From NCBI RefSeq assembly GCF_009914755.1, contig NC_060928.1: a DNA stretch of 64,000 nucleotides, one strand, 5' to 3'. The DNA is from the human T2T-CHM13v2.0 reference genome, Homo sapiens. A program made the translations under genes and the position numbers. The notes beneath the pieces are model-generated. The model was not told the DNA's origin and searched no databases. It saw only the letters and a program-made list of their open reading frames with translations. This document shows, one piece after another, positions 36,117 through 48,500 of the stretch (positions within the stretch are counted from its first letter, which is position 1; each line of letters opens with the position of its first letter).

Positions 36117-37259
36117 CTGTTCTTGACTTAATCTGTTTTATCTGATGTAAGTATAGCTACTCCTGCTTTCAGTTTCATTTTGCACAGAATAACTTTCTAT
36201 CCCTTTGCTTTTTATCTATATGTCTTTATAGGTGAATTTTTTGTAAGAAGCATATAGTTGGATCATGGTTTTTAAAAAATCCATTCAGCCATTCTACAAC
36301 ATTTAAGTGGACAATTTAATCTATTTATATTAAAGATTATTATTGATATGGGAAGTATTGTTCCTATCATATTGCTAATTATTTTCTGGTTGTTTTGTAT
36401 ATTTTTCATTCCTGTCTTTTTCTCTTATTGTTATTGTGATCCTGGTGGATTTCTGTAGTGGTACCATTTGAGTCCTTTCTCTTCCTCCTTTGTGTGATTT
36501 CTTTACCAGTAGGTTTTACACTTTCATGTGTTTATATGATGGTAAATGTCCTTTTGCTCTTAGGTTTAGGACTCCCTTAAGCATTTTTTGTAGAACTATT
36601 CTAGTGGTAAAATATTCCTCAGCATTTGCCTGTCTGGAAAAACTTTATAAAAGATATTTTGCTAGGTATAGTATTGTCTGGCAGGTTGTTTTTTTTTTTC
36701 TTTCAGCACTTTGAATATATCGTCCCATTCTCTTCTGGCCTGAAAGGTTTTTATTGAGAAATTCACTGTTACTCTGATGGGATTTCTTTTATAAGTGACT
36801 AGGCACTTTTCCCTTGCTGCTTTTAGAACTTGCTGTTTATCTTTGACTTTAGTCTGGCTGTAATGTATTGTAGAGACCTTTTTGCCTTGTTCAGTCCAGG
36901 GATTACTGAGCCTCCTGTATCTGAATATCTAAATCTCTTGCTAGATCCAGCAGGTTTTCATATATTATCTTGTTAAATAAAGATAATATATGAAACAATA
37001 AACACAAACTATAAATATGTTTTCTAATATTTTGTTCCTTTTCCCTTGGGGATACCAATAATTTAAATATTTGACCACTTTTTTCCAAAATGTAACTAAG
37101 GCTTTGCTCATTCTTTCCTATTTTTTCTTCATTATTGTCTGGCTAGATTGTTTCAAAAGACCTGTCTTCAAGTCTTAGAATTTTCTTCTTCTGACTAGTC
37201 TAGTCTATTGTTGAAGCTTTCAAATGTATTTTCTATTTCCTTTAATGAATTCTTCTAGA

Positions 37260-37572
37260 ATTTTTTTTTTTTTTTTGAGGGTGAGTGGGGATGCAGAGAC
37301 AGTCTTGCTCTGTCACCCAAGCTGGAGTGTAGTGGCATGATATTGGCTCACTGAAACCCTGCCTCTCAGGTTCAAGAGATTCTCCTGCCTCAGCCTCCCA
37401 AACAGCTGGCACCACAGGTATACGCCACCATGCCCGGCTAATTTTTGTAGTTTTTGTAGAGACAGGGTTTCACCATTTGGCCAAGCTGGTCTTGAACTCC
37501 TGGCCTCAAGTGATCCATCCGTCTCAGCCTTCCAAAGTGCTGGATTACAGGCATGAGCCACTGCACCCTGCC
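37260..37572 (-). mobile_element. AluS (Sz-like) with TSD TTCTAGAATTT
   Basis: Poly-T then reverse-complement Alu with ctggcctcaagtgatcc; ttctagaattt on both sides. Confidence 0.88.
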
Positions 37573-39626
37573 ACTTCTAGAATTTCTATTGGGTTCTTTT
37601 TTCAAATATCTTTTTGAAAAGTTGTTCATATTCTGAATTGTTTTTCTAATTTCCTTGTATTATTTGTCAGAATGCTCTCATATCTCACTGATCTGCTTTA
37701 AAATCAATATTTTGAATTCTTTATCTGGAATTTCAAATATTTCCTTTAGATGAAGATCTTTTGCTGGAGAATTACTGTGTTCTTCTGGGGATGTTGTATT
37801 TTCTTGCTTTGTGTCTGTGTCCTTGCATTAATATCTGTGCATCTGGTTTAATAGTCACTTCTTCCTATTTTTAAATTTACTTTCATATGGGAGAATTTTT
37901 CCTGAAGATGTATCTATGATGTTGGTTGAGTAAGGCACTTCAACTTTGATTCTGGGTACATGCAGTAGGTAGTCTCCATATGATTTCTTTAGCTGTAAAC
38001 AGTGTTATTGGTTTCTGCGATTTCCGCAATTGGTTAGGGTGTAGTTATTAGTGGAGGATACAGTGAAGTTGTACTGGGGACTAAGATGCCAGGTAGGCCA
38101 GTCTTAAGGCCCCAGTGGTGACAGTGGTGGGCTGAGCATGCCTATCTTTGCGCTTCAAGATGATGTACCCGAGAACCTATGTTGGTTGTTACTGGTGGCC
38201 TGATTCTTGGGCCTCAAGGTGGCTTGCTCAGATGCCAGTAGTGGCAGGGGTAGAGGGGTTCTCAGGCTCCTAGATAGCTGCTGTGGCATGGGCAATAGCA
38301 GTAGCCATGGCAAGATGATTTCTCTGGGTCCTAATCTGTGTGCATTGATATTGGCAGTAGCTGTGATGGGCTGGGCGGGCCTGTCTCCAGGTCCACAGTT
38401 GGTGCTTGCAGGTATATACCAGCTGAGGAGGTACAGGCTGTGAGTTAAGGCCCAACCTCAGGCCTGTAGGAGTGCTGAGTTACATGAGGTGGTGGATTGG
38501 TTGGGCAATCCCCACATCCCCAGGCTATGTGCTCTATCTTGGATGGGGGGAGGGCAAAATGAGCTGGGCAGGCTTGTGCTCCGGTTCCCTAATGGTGACA
38601 GCAGCAACCAGCCATGATGGGCATGGGTGGACAATCCCCAGGCCTCAGGTGGAGTGTTCTGCTTGGTAAAGAGACAGTAGCAGCTGCACTGAGGACTTGC
38701 CTGGGTGGTCATAGTCTGGGCCAATGGGTGAGAAACATGCAACCCCCACTCATACCCCAGTCTTAGTGGGGCTGGCCCCTCCAGCAGTGAAAGCCTATGC
38801 CTAGCTTACACCTTCTTGGTCGTAAGAGCAAGTCCCAAAGGCAACTCACACCCTGTTCATATCCTAATCTCCATCCTGGGGTTGCCCACTTCCTGGCAGC
38901 AGCAGCTGCAGTGCACACCTTGCTCACTTCCTACGCCAGGTGAGAAGGCACTCCCAGCTCACTCCCAAGTTGCATCAGCAACAGCCCGAGTTTCTGTAAT
39001 GCCTCAGTCCTGGCACCACTGGGTCCTAAGGATAGTGTGTAGTCTGCTACAGGCTAGATTTGGAAATGGTTCCTTTTCATAACTGCTTAGGTCTCAGAAA
39101 AGGTATGGGGCTCACTGCAAGATCCCTTCTTGGAGCAGTTTCATTCCGTGACATCCCTGCAGCTCCCTGTTAGTTTCAGGGGTTGGGAGGGTCAAGGTGT
39201 TCTCCAACAGCCCAGATTCCACAGTTTTACAGTAGGGATGTGGAAGTCTCTCACTCACCCTTTCCCCGAGTTGGTAAGTCACTCCAGCTCCCAGTTGATC
39301 TGGGCCAGGCAGGCTTCTAATCAATTCTTAATTCACACAAAAATGAGAATTCTATTTAGTGAAATAGTAGTTATATAAAGTTACTTGACCTCCTATCTCA
39401 CTTCCCCAAAAAGAATGAATTCTGATAATTCATGAAATTAAGGACTTATAGGCATATTCACTGAGCACTTGCTTTTATTACTTGCAAAAAAAATAGTAAT
39501 GTCAATAGAAATTTGAGTGTTGTTGCTTGAAAACTGACTTGCCTGTGGTGCTCTCACATCCTTCTCTCATTGGGAGGCTCTTTATTTTGGTTTTAAGGAA
39601 TGAAATGAAGCACAGAAAACAGTACA

Positions 39627-39941
39627 CAGTTGATGCTCCACATATGTGGATTCAATCAACCATTGGGAATATTCGGGAAAAAAAATGAATGGTTGCATCT
39701 GTGCAGAATATGTAAAGACTTTTTTGTTATTTCCTAAATGATACTTTATAACAACTATATACATGGCATTCCTCTTATATTAGGTATTAGAAGTAGTCTA
39801 GAGACGATCTAAAGTATATGGGAGGGTGTGCGTAGGTTATATACAAATACTAAGCCATTTTATATGAAGGACTTGAACATCCCTGTATTTTTGGTATCTT
39901 TGGGGGATCAAGGAACCTCACGGATACACAAGGGACAACTG
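39627..39941. mobile_element. MER2 (TcMar-Tigger) DNA transposon fossil
   Basis: cagttg...caactg termini, TA at the right flank; ggattcaatcaacc and ccattttatatgaaggacttgaacatcc motifs. Confidence 0.8.
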
Positions 39942-39944
39942 TAG

Positions 39945-40110
39945 CAGAAGTTACCTGGCTTTGGATTCAGACTTGAAGTTTTTTCAGTTGTGTACATTGA
40001 GCCTCATTTGAAAAAAAAATCTGTATAATATGCACCCATCATAGGGTTATGGTGAAGATTAAATACGAATGTAAAGCTTTAAGTGTGAAGTAGCAATAAA
40101 TGTTTTTTTC
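39945..40110 (+). mobile_element. MIR fragment
   Basis: ggctttggattcagac...atctgtataat...ggttatggtgaagattaaat...aataaatg. Confidence 0.55.
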
Positions 40111-41229
40111 TATTAATACAAAATTTTTTTTCATCTCTCTTCCTCCCCTTTCTTCACATTAGGAGGTTTCTTCTACTGAGCACATCATAGAGCTCTGCTG
40201 GCTGAGCCCTATAGCCCTTTCTCCCTTCTTCCCATAAGCAAGATCTCCGATTCCTCCTCTGACAAAACAGGTTTACATAGCAGCAAAAGAACACTTGATC
40301 ATGAAGCATAACTAGGACTCCCAAATTAGAGAGAAGATAGTCACAAAGCAAGGAAATAATTCCCTGTCTATAATCTCATAATGCCTTAAATTGCTCTTAG
40401 ATGAGGTTACTGTCCCCCAGTGACTGTGGAAACTCTAGTAGTTGGAGAGACATCACAAGTTTCTAACTTACCAAATACATATCAAACACTAATAAAAAGC
40501 CCAAACAATTTAAGAGCTAGCAGCAGAAAAAAAAAATCAAAGAGAAAAAAGTGAGGAAATGACAATATTTGTATTTTCATTTCATAAATTTAATGTTTAT
40601 AATATCTGTGCCTGAAACAGATATATTATTTATTTATATTGTTTATTTATATAAACAGAATAAAGTATTTTTAAGGCAGAGTATGTTAAAAGGGACAGGA
40701 CTAGAAGACAGGATATGCTTTTTTCCCCTACTGAACTGGGAAAGTGAAAGATCTAAACCAAGAGTTAAATGTTGGTCAAATCTATTAAATCGGCAAATAA
40801 AGCATTTTTAAATTAAAAAAAAAAATAAAGGTAAAAGGAGAATTTGGCTGAATTTGGCAGAAGAGACCTGGCTAAAACTCCTGTCAATTAAGTTTCAATT
40901 TCCTCATGAGGCAAATAAACACAGTCCTTCCTGACTTTCTCCTGAGACCCACATCTATAATACAGAGGCTAGGAGGCCAGGTCCATGCCTCTTTCCTCCT
41001 AGGCTCCGAGTTCCTGAGTTAGCCTGTTGTGATGAAAGAACAAGACCTAAAGGAGTCTGCAAACACACAGTTTATGACAGCAAAGAGGCCCTGGCAAACT
41101 GTTCTATCACGTGGTGCACATGGATAGAAGACAGCTGTCTCTAAGTTAATACCAGCCTCACTTTTCCCCATTCTTCACCTAAATGCATATTCAATTAAAA
41201 ATTTCTTAAAAGAGTCTCACGTGACAGAG

Positions 41230-41480
41230 ACAAATAGAGTGGTGATTAATAAAGCATAAGCATGGTTGACTGAGGGACCTGGGTCCAGACAGGGTTTCAT
41301 CAACTACAAACTTGTTATTTATTAGCAAATTAGTAAACTTCTCTATGAGTTTGTCAGTAAAATGAGGATTATAACACCTACACCTCAGGAAACTTGAGAG
41401 AATTAAGTGAGATCACTCGTGTATGTCAGTCCTTGGTATAGTTTCTGTCATTATGTGTTCCAAAAATGATAGTTATTGGA
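41230..41480 (+). mobile_element. MIR fragment
   Basis: gacctgggtcc...gtaaaatgaggattataacacctacacctcagga...gagaattaagtgaga. Confidence 0.65.
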
Positions 41481-41559
41481 GTTTAATTTTCTATAAATCT
41501 GAGTTTCACTTGGCATTGATTAATTTCAAAGTAAAATGTTTTTATAAAGTTTGAAAATG

Positions 41560-41945
41560 TAACAAAGTTCAACTATACCCATTCAATAATATGGATGAAT
41601 CTAATAAATATTTAGCAAAAGAAGCCATACACAAGAGTACATAGTGTATTATTTAGTGCGTATGAAGTTCAAAATAGACAAAGCAAATCCATGTATTTTG
41701 AAAATCAGGGTAGCTACACTTTAGAGAAGATGGGGGTTGGTAGTGGGTAGTGACCGGCAGAGGGCTTGAGACGGAGGAATTTCTGATTTTAAAGTGCTGA
41801 TAATATTCTTTTTCTGTATCTGGAAGCTGGTTACATGAGTGTATGCACTTGATGAAGGCTCACTGACCTTTATACTTATGATTGGTACTCTTTTCTGATA
41901 TAGGTTAGACTTCATTATAAAGTTCACTAAATAAAGTTTTAAAAA
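41560..41945 (+). mobile_element. L1ME-like 3' end fragment
   Basis: atggatgaatcta...aaaagaagccatacacaagagtacatagtgtatt...gaagttcaaaatagacaaa...aaataaagttttaaaaa. Confidence 0.65.
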
Positions 41946-42092
41946 GATAACAAAGTCATCACTTTTCCTACTATGGACAACTAGCTCCTCCCATTCATTC
42001 ATGTTACAAATACTTATTAACTGCCTACTCTGTATGTTCCAGGCACAATTCTAGATGCATGAGGCACATCAGCAAATAAGAATCCTCCATTT

Positions 42093-42322
42093 GGACTGTT
42101 GTGGGGTGGGGGGAGGGGGGAGGGTTAGCATTAGGAGATATACCTAATGCTAAATGACAAGTTAATGGGTGCAGCACACCAGCATGGCACATGTATACAT
42201 ATATAACTAACCTGCACATTGTGCACATATACCCTAAAACTTAAAGTATAATAATAATTTTTAAAAAAACTAGAAAAAAAAATACAGCCTCCCCCCTCCA
42301 AAAAAAAAAAAAAAAAAAAAAA
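42093..42322 (+). mobile_element. Short 5'-truncated L1PA3-like insertion with 15-bp TSD
   Basis: L1 3'UTR end (ttaggagatatacctaatgctaaatgac...cttaaagtataataat); TSD aagaatcctccattt at 42078-42092 and 42321-42335. Confidence 0.92.
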
Positions 42323-42600
42323 GAATCCTCCATTTTCAGGAAGGGAAAAAAGAGGAAGAAAAAACCTGGCTAAAACTCCTGTTAATTAAGTTTCAATTTC
42401 CTCATGAGGCAAATGAAGATGATAAATATCCTGTCTACTTTTCAGAGTATATTTATGTATTCTAAAACCTATCAGAAAAAGAAAAATCTTCTCCCCCAAG
42501 ATCTCATAAACAACACACATTGATCTTGTGAGTAGTACCCTCAATGATTTCCTCATTGAGAGAATGAGGAAATGAGATTGAGAGAAAAGTATTTTTCTCA

Positions 42601-42890
42601 CTGAGGCTCAGGCCTGTAGCCTCAGCTACTGGGGAGGCTGAGGAAGGAGGATTGCTTGAGTCCAGTTGTGGGCTGTAGTGCACTAGGCTGATCAGGTATT
42701 TGCACTAATTTGGCATCAATATGGTGACCTCTCATGAGCAGGGGACAATCAGGTTGCCTAAGGAGTGGTAAACTAGCCCAGGCCAGAACTGTAGCAGTTC
42801 AAAACTCCTGTGCTGATTAGCAGGGGGATGGAGTCCATGGGTAATCACTGTACTCCAGCTGGGGCAACAGAGAAAGACCCTACCCTGTCT
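42601..42890 (+). pseudogene. RN7SL89P: 7SL (SRP RNA) retropseudogene
   Basis: Alu domain plus the 7SL-specific S domain (ggcatcaatatggtgacctc...caggttgcctaaggag...caaaactcctgtgctgat); TSD tatttttctca. The 7SL identity is clear; the symbol is from recall of the TET2-PPA2 interval. Confidence 0.88.
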
Positions 42891-44213
42891 TTTCTTTTTT
42901 TTTTTTAAGATATTTTTCTCAACTCTAAATATAGCCCTCCAAGCCTTCTTTACTTTGCCTTCTAGTGGGAGTTTCTAGTTACTGTTAGTTTCAAAATCCA
43001 GAAATTTGGAATAGTACCTAAGAGCAATTTCAGTGGAGAGATCATTCAGAAATATCAATTTCCATCAGTATCCCCCAAACTACTCATAAACTCCCCCAAA
43101 ATGTCATAAAACCTCCAGCATGGCATCCAGGAGCAGAAAAAGAAAGTCATAAAATCTGAGTTTAGGAGTACTGTCAACAAAATTGCAGACTAGGAAGCTC
43201 CAAGTCTTCACTTCCCCATGGAAACACTTTTAAAAAAAGAAAAAAAAAAAAAAACAGAAAAAAAAAGAAGAAACTGCTGGCTAAATTAACCCTACAGAAG
43301 CTCTGGAAAAATAATCACAGGTCTATAGCAATCAAGCAAATGCAAAAATCAAGAAAAAGCTGTATTCAAAATGATAAAAAAAAAATCATGCGCTGTTTTT
43401 ATTTACCTTTGCCCTACCACCTCTCTGGCAAGGCAGTCTTGGTCTGGAAGAGGAAGCTTCCCAGTTTCCAGTTCCTTCCCATAAACTAGAGGGGCAGAGA
43501 AGACCTTATTTGCAAAGTTCTAACCTGTCTGGGGGCTACCTGAAGGTCTAGTCTGTTTTGCCTAACTTACATCTCAAATAAACAGAAGCAGTGGGTGCCG
43601 CTTATGAAAGCTACAGAGAGACTAAGACCAGCAGATGCCTGGAGCAAAAGGTTATGGGTAGAGACCTACAATAGGCCATGTAAGGTCCTAAGAAGCTAAA
43701 GGTGAGACTTTGGAAATGTAAAATATTCAAGAACCACCTTGTATATGGGGAAAATTGAGAAAGTCACACAAAGGCTCAGAATAGACCCATATGCAGAAAA
43801 GACTGGAGAAGAATTTGTTTTCCATTCAGGCTGGTCCCAAGGCCTAGAGAACACCCAGCTAATAAAAGAAGGACTACCCCTGCTCAGAGACAGTCCATAA
43901 AGACTGGGAGACATGGCTATTTTTCCAAATGCCCAATTTTTAAACAGTTTTTAACAAATTCACAAGGCATACAAGGAAACAGGAAAACATGTAAAACCCA
44001 TTCCAAACAAGAAAATAAATTTCCAGAAATAAATTCCTTTCCCATCCTCCCCAAAACACAGATTTACTAGGTAAAGACTTTAAAATAACTGTGTTATTCA
44101 ATGAAACAATCATACCAATTAAAAATGAACAAAGAACTTGAATAGACATTCTTCCAAAAAAGAAATACAAATGCCCAATAAGTATATGAGAAGATGCTCA
44201 ACCTGACTAGTCA

Positions 44214-44555
<342 letters not shown>

Positions 44556-44901
44556 TCATTCTATCCCTGTTAAAATGGCAATTATAAAAAAAAAAAGAAA
44601 GAAGAAAACAACAGGTATTAGTGATGATATGGGGGAATTGGAACCCTTGTGCATTAATGGTGGGAATGTTAAATGGTGCAGCCACTGTGGAAAGCAGTAA
44701 GACTGTTCCTCAAAAAATGAAACAAAGAATTACCATATGACCCAGCAATTCTACTTCTAGGTATATATCCAAAATTATTAAAAAGCAGTGACTCAAACAG
44801 TCATGCTTGATATATACACCCATGTTCATAGTAGTATTGTTCACAATAGGTGGAAGAATCCCAAATGTCCATTGACAGATGAATGAATAAACAAAAAATA
44901 G

Positions 44902-45001
44902 TGTGTGTGTATATATGTGTGTGTATACACACACATATATACACACACACACACATATATACACACACATATATATACACACACACATATATATACACAC
45001 A
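44902..45001. repeat. (TG)n/(CA)n/(TA)n compound microsatellite
   Basis: Directly visible. Confidence 0.95.
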
Positions 45002-45585
45002 CTAGAATATTATTCAAATTCTTCAAAGAGGAAGAAAATTATTCTAAAAGGAAGGAAATACATGCACATGCTACAACATGGATGAACCTTGAACACATTG
45101 TGTTAAATAAGTCAGACACAAAATGACTGATACAGTATAATTGCACCTATGCAAGGTAATTGGAGTAGTTGATAATTGGAGTAGTTGAATTCAGAGAGAC
45201 AGAAAGTCGTATGGTGGTTGCCAGGGGCTGGGAGTAGGAAGAAAGGGGGAGATACTGATTAATTGGTATGGTGTTTTAGTTTGGAAAATTTTTTTTAAAA
45301 TACTAGAAATGGATGATGGTGATGGTCCATGGTTAAAATGGTAAATTGTGGTGTATACTTTACCACAATAATAAAAAAAAAAAAACCTTGGTTTTTGGTG
45401 AAAATGGTAAATTATTGTGTATATTTTACTACAATTAAAAAAACCTTAAATTTGCTAAAAGAGCTAAAGCAAAACATGGACAAAGAACTAAACAAAATCA
45501 GAAAAAAACAAGAATATGAAAAAGAAATTATAACTAAAATTCTCGAGCTGTAAACAATAACTGAATTGAAAAAGTCACTATTCAG

Positions 45586-48500
45586 AGGTGGCTGGCAAGA
45601 TGGCTGAATAGGAACAATTCCGGTGTGCAGCTCCCAGCGAGATCAATGCAGAAAGCAGATGATATCTGCATTTCCAACTGAGATACCTGGCTCATCTCAT
45701 TGAGACTGCTTAGACCATGGATGCAGCCCACAGAGGGTGAGCTGAAGCAGGGTGGGGTGTTGCCTCACCCAGGAAGTGCAATGGGTTGAGGAACTCCCTC
45801 CCCTAGCCAAGGGAAGCCCTGAGGGACTGTACCACAAGGAACAGTGCACTACGGCCCAGATAGTACACGTTTTCCATGGTCTTCGCGACCTGCAGACCAG
45901 GATATTCCCTCAGGTGCCTACACCACCAGGGCCCTGGATTTCAAGCACAAAACTGAATGGCCATTTGGGCAAACACCAAGCTAGCTGCAGATGTATTTTT
46001 TCATACCCCAGTGGCACCTGGACCTCCAGTGGGACAGAACCATTCACTCCCGCGGAAAGGGAGCTGAAACCAGGGAGCCAAGTGGTCTAGCTCAGAGGAT
46101 CTCACCCCCACAGAGCCCAGCAAGATAAGAGTCACTGGTTTGAAATTCTCGCTGCCAGCACAGTAGTCTGAAGTTGACCTGGGATGCTCAAGCTTGGTGG
46201 GGGGAGGGAAATCCGCCATTACTGAGGCTTGAGTAGGTGGTTTTCCCCTCACAGTGTAAACAAAGCTTCCAGAAGTTCGAACTGGGCAGAGCATACTGCA
46301 GCTCAACAAAGCCACTGTAGCCAGACTGACTCTCTAGATTCCTTCTCTCTGGGCAGGGCATCTCTGAAAGAAAGGCAGCAGCACCAGTCAGGGGCTTATA
46401 GATAAAGGGGCTTATAGATAAAGTTCCCATCTCCCTGGGACAGAGCACCTGGAGGAAGGGGTGGCTGTTGGCACAGCTTCAGCAGACTTAAATATTCCTG
46501 CCTGCTGCCTCTGAAGAGAGCAGTGGATCTCCCAGCACAGCGCTCAAGCTCTGCTAAGGGACAGACTGTCTCCTCAAGTGGGTCCCTGACCCCCATGCCT
46601 CCTGACTGGGACACACCTCCTCAGCAATGGTCAACAGACACCTCATACAGGAGAAGTCCAGCTGGCATCTGGCGGGTGCCCCTCTGGGACAAAGCTTCCA
46701 GAGGAAGGAAGTGGCAGCAATCTTTGCTGTTCTGCAGCCTCCACTGGTGATACCCTGGCAACAGGGTATGAAGTAGACCACCAGCAAACTCCAGCAGACC
46801 TGCAGCAAAGGGGCCTGTTAGAAGGAAAACTAACAAAGGAATAGCATCAAAATCAACAAAAAGTGGACCACCAGTGAACTCCAGCAGACCTGTGGCAGAA
46901 GGGCCTGTTAGAAGGAAAACTAACAAAGAGGAAGGAAAAGCATCAACAAAAAGTACATCCACACAGAACCCTCATCCAAAGGTCACCAACATCAAAAACC
47001 AAAGGTAGATAAATCCACAAAGATGAGAAAAAAAAAAAAAAACAGCACAAAAAGGTTGAAAATTCCAAAAACTGGAACGCCTCTTCTCTTCCAAAGGATC
47101 ACAACTCCTCGCCAGCAAGGGAACAACACTGGACGGACAATGAATGTAACGAATTGACAGAAGTAGGCTTCAGAAGGTGGGTAATAACAAACTTCTCTGA
47201 GCTAAAGGAGCATGTTCTAACCCAATGCAAGGAAGCCAAGAACCTTGAAAAAAGGTTAGACAAATTGCTAACTAGAATAACCAGTATAGAGAAGAATATA
47301 AATGAGCTGATGGAGCTGAAACACAGCACGAGAACTTCATGAATCACTCACAAGTAACAATAGCTGAATCAATCAAGCAGAAGAAAGGATATCAGAGACT
47401 GAAAATCAACTTAATGAAGTAAAATGTGAAGAGAAGATTAGAGAAAAAAGAATGAAGAGAAATGAACAATGCCTCCAAGAAATATGGCACTATATGAAAA
47501 GACCAAACCTATGTTTGACTGGTGTACCTGAAAGTGTCAGGGAGAAGGAAACTAAGTTGGAAAACACTCTGCAGGATATTATCCAGGAGAACTCCCCCAA
47601 CCTAGAGAGAGAGGCCAACATTCAAATTTAGGAAATACAGAGAACACCACAAAGATATGCCTCGAGAAGAGCAACCCCAAGACACAGAATCGTCAGATTC
47701 ACCAAGATTGAAGTGAAGGAAAAAATGTTAAGGGCAGCCAGAGAAAAAGGTTGGGTTACCCCCAAAGGGAAGTCCATCAGACTAACAGCAGATCTCTTGG
47801 CAGAAACCCTACAAACCAGAAGAAAGTGGGGGCCAATATTCAAAATTCTTAAAGAAAAGAATTTTCAACCCAGAATTTCATATCAAGCCAAACTAAGTTT
47901 CATAAGTGAAGGAGAAATAAAATCCTTTACAGACAAGCAAATGGTGAGAGATTTTGTCATCACCAGGCCTGCCCTACAAGAGCTTCTGAAGGAAGCACTA
48001 AACATGGAAAGGAACAACCGGTACTAGCCACTGCAAAAACATGCCAAATTGTAAAGACCATTGACAATATGAAGAAACTGCATCAACTAATGGGCAAAAT
48101 AACCAGCTAGCATCATAATGACAGGATCAAATTCACACATAACAATATTAACCTTAAATGTAAATGGGCTAAATGCCCAAATTAAAAGGCACAGACTGCC
48201 ACATTGAATAAAGAGTCAAGACCCATTGGTGAGCTGTACTCAGGAGGCCAATCTCAAGTGCAAAGACACACATGGGCTCAAAATAAAGGGATGGAGGAAT
48301 ATTTACCAAGCAAATGGAAAGCAAAGAAGAAAAAAAAAGGCAGGGGTTGCAATTCTGGTCTCTGATAAAACAGACTTTAACCCAACAAATACCAAAAAAC
48401 ACAAACAAGGGCATCACATAATGGTAAAGGGATCAGTGCAACAAGAAGAGCTAACTATACTAAATATATATGCACCCAATACAGGAGCACCCAGATTCAT

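Larger units (their letters stand above)
40866..42414. repeat. 51-bp direct repeat pair (40866-40916 and 42364-42414), 1 mismatch
   Basis: acctggctaaaactcctgt(c/t)aattaagtttcaatttcctcatgaggcaaat. Confidence 0.95.
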
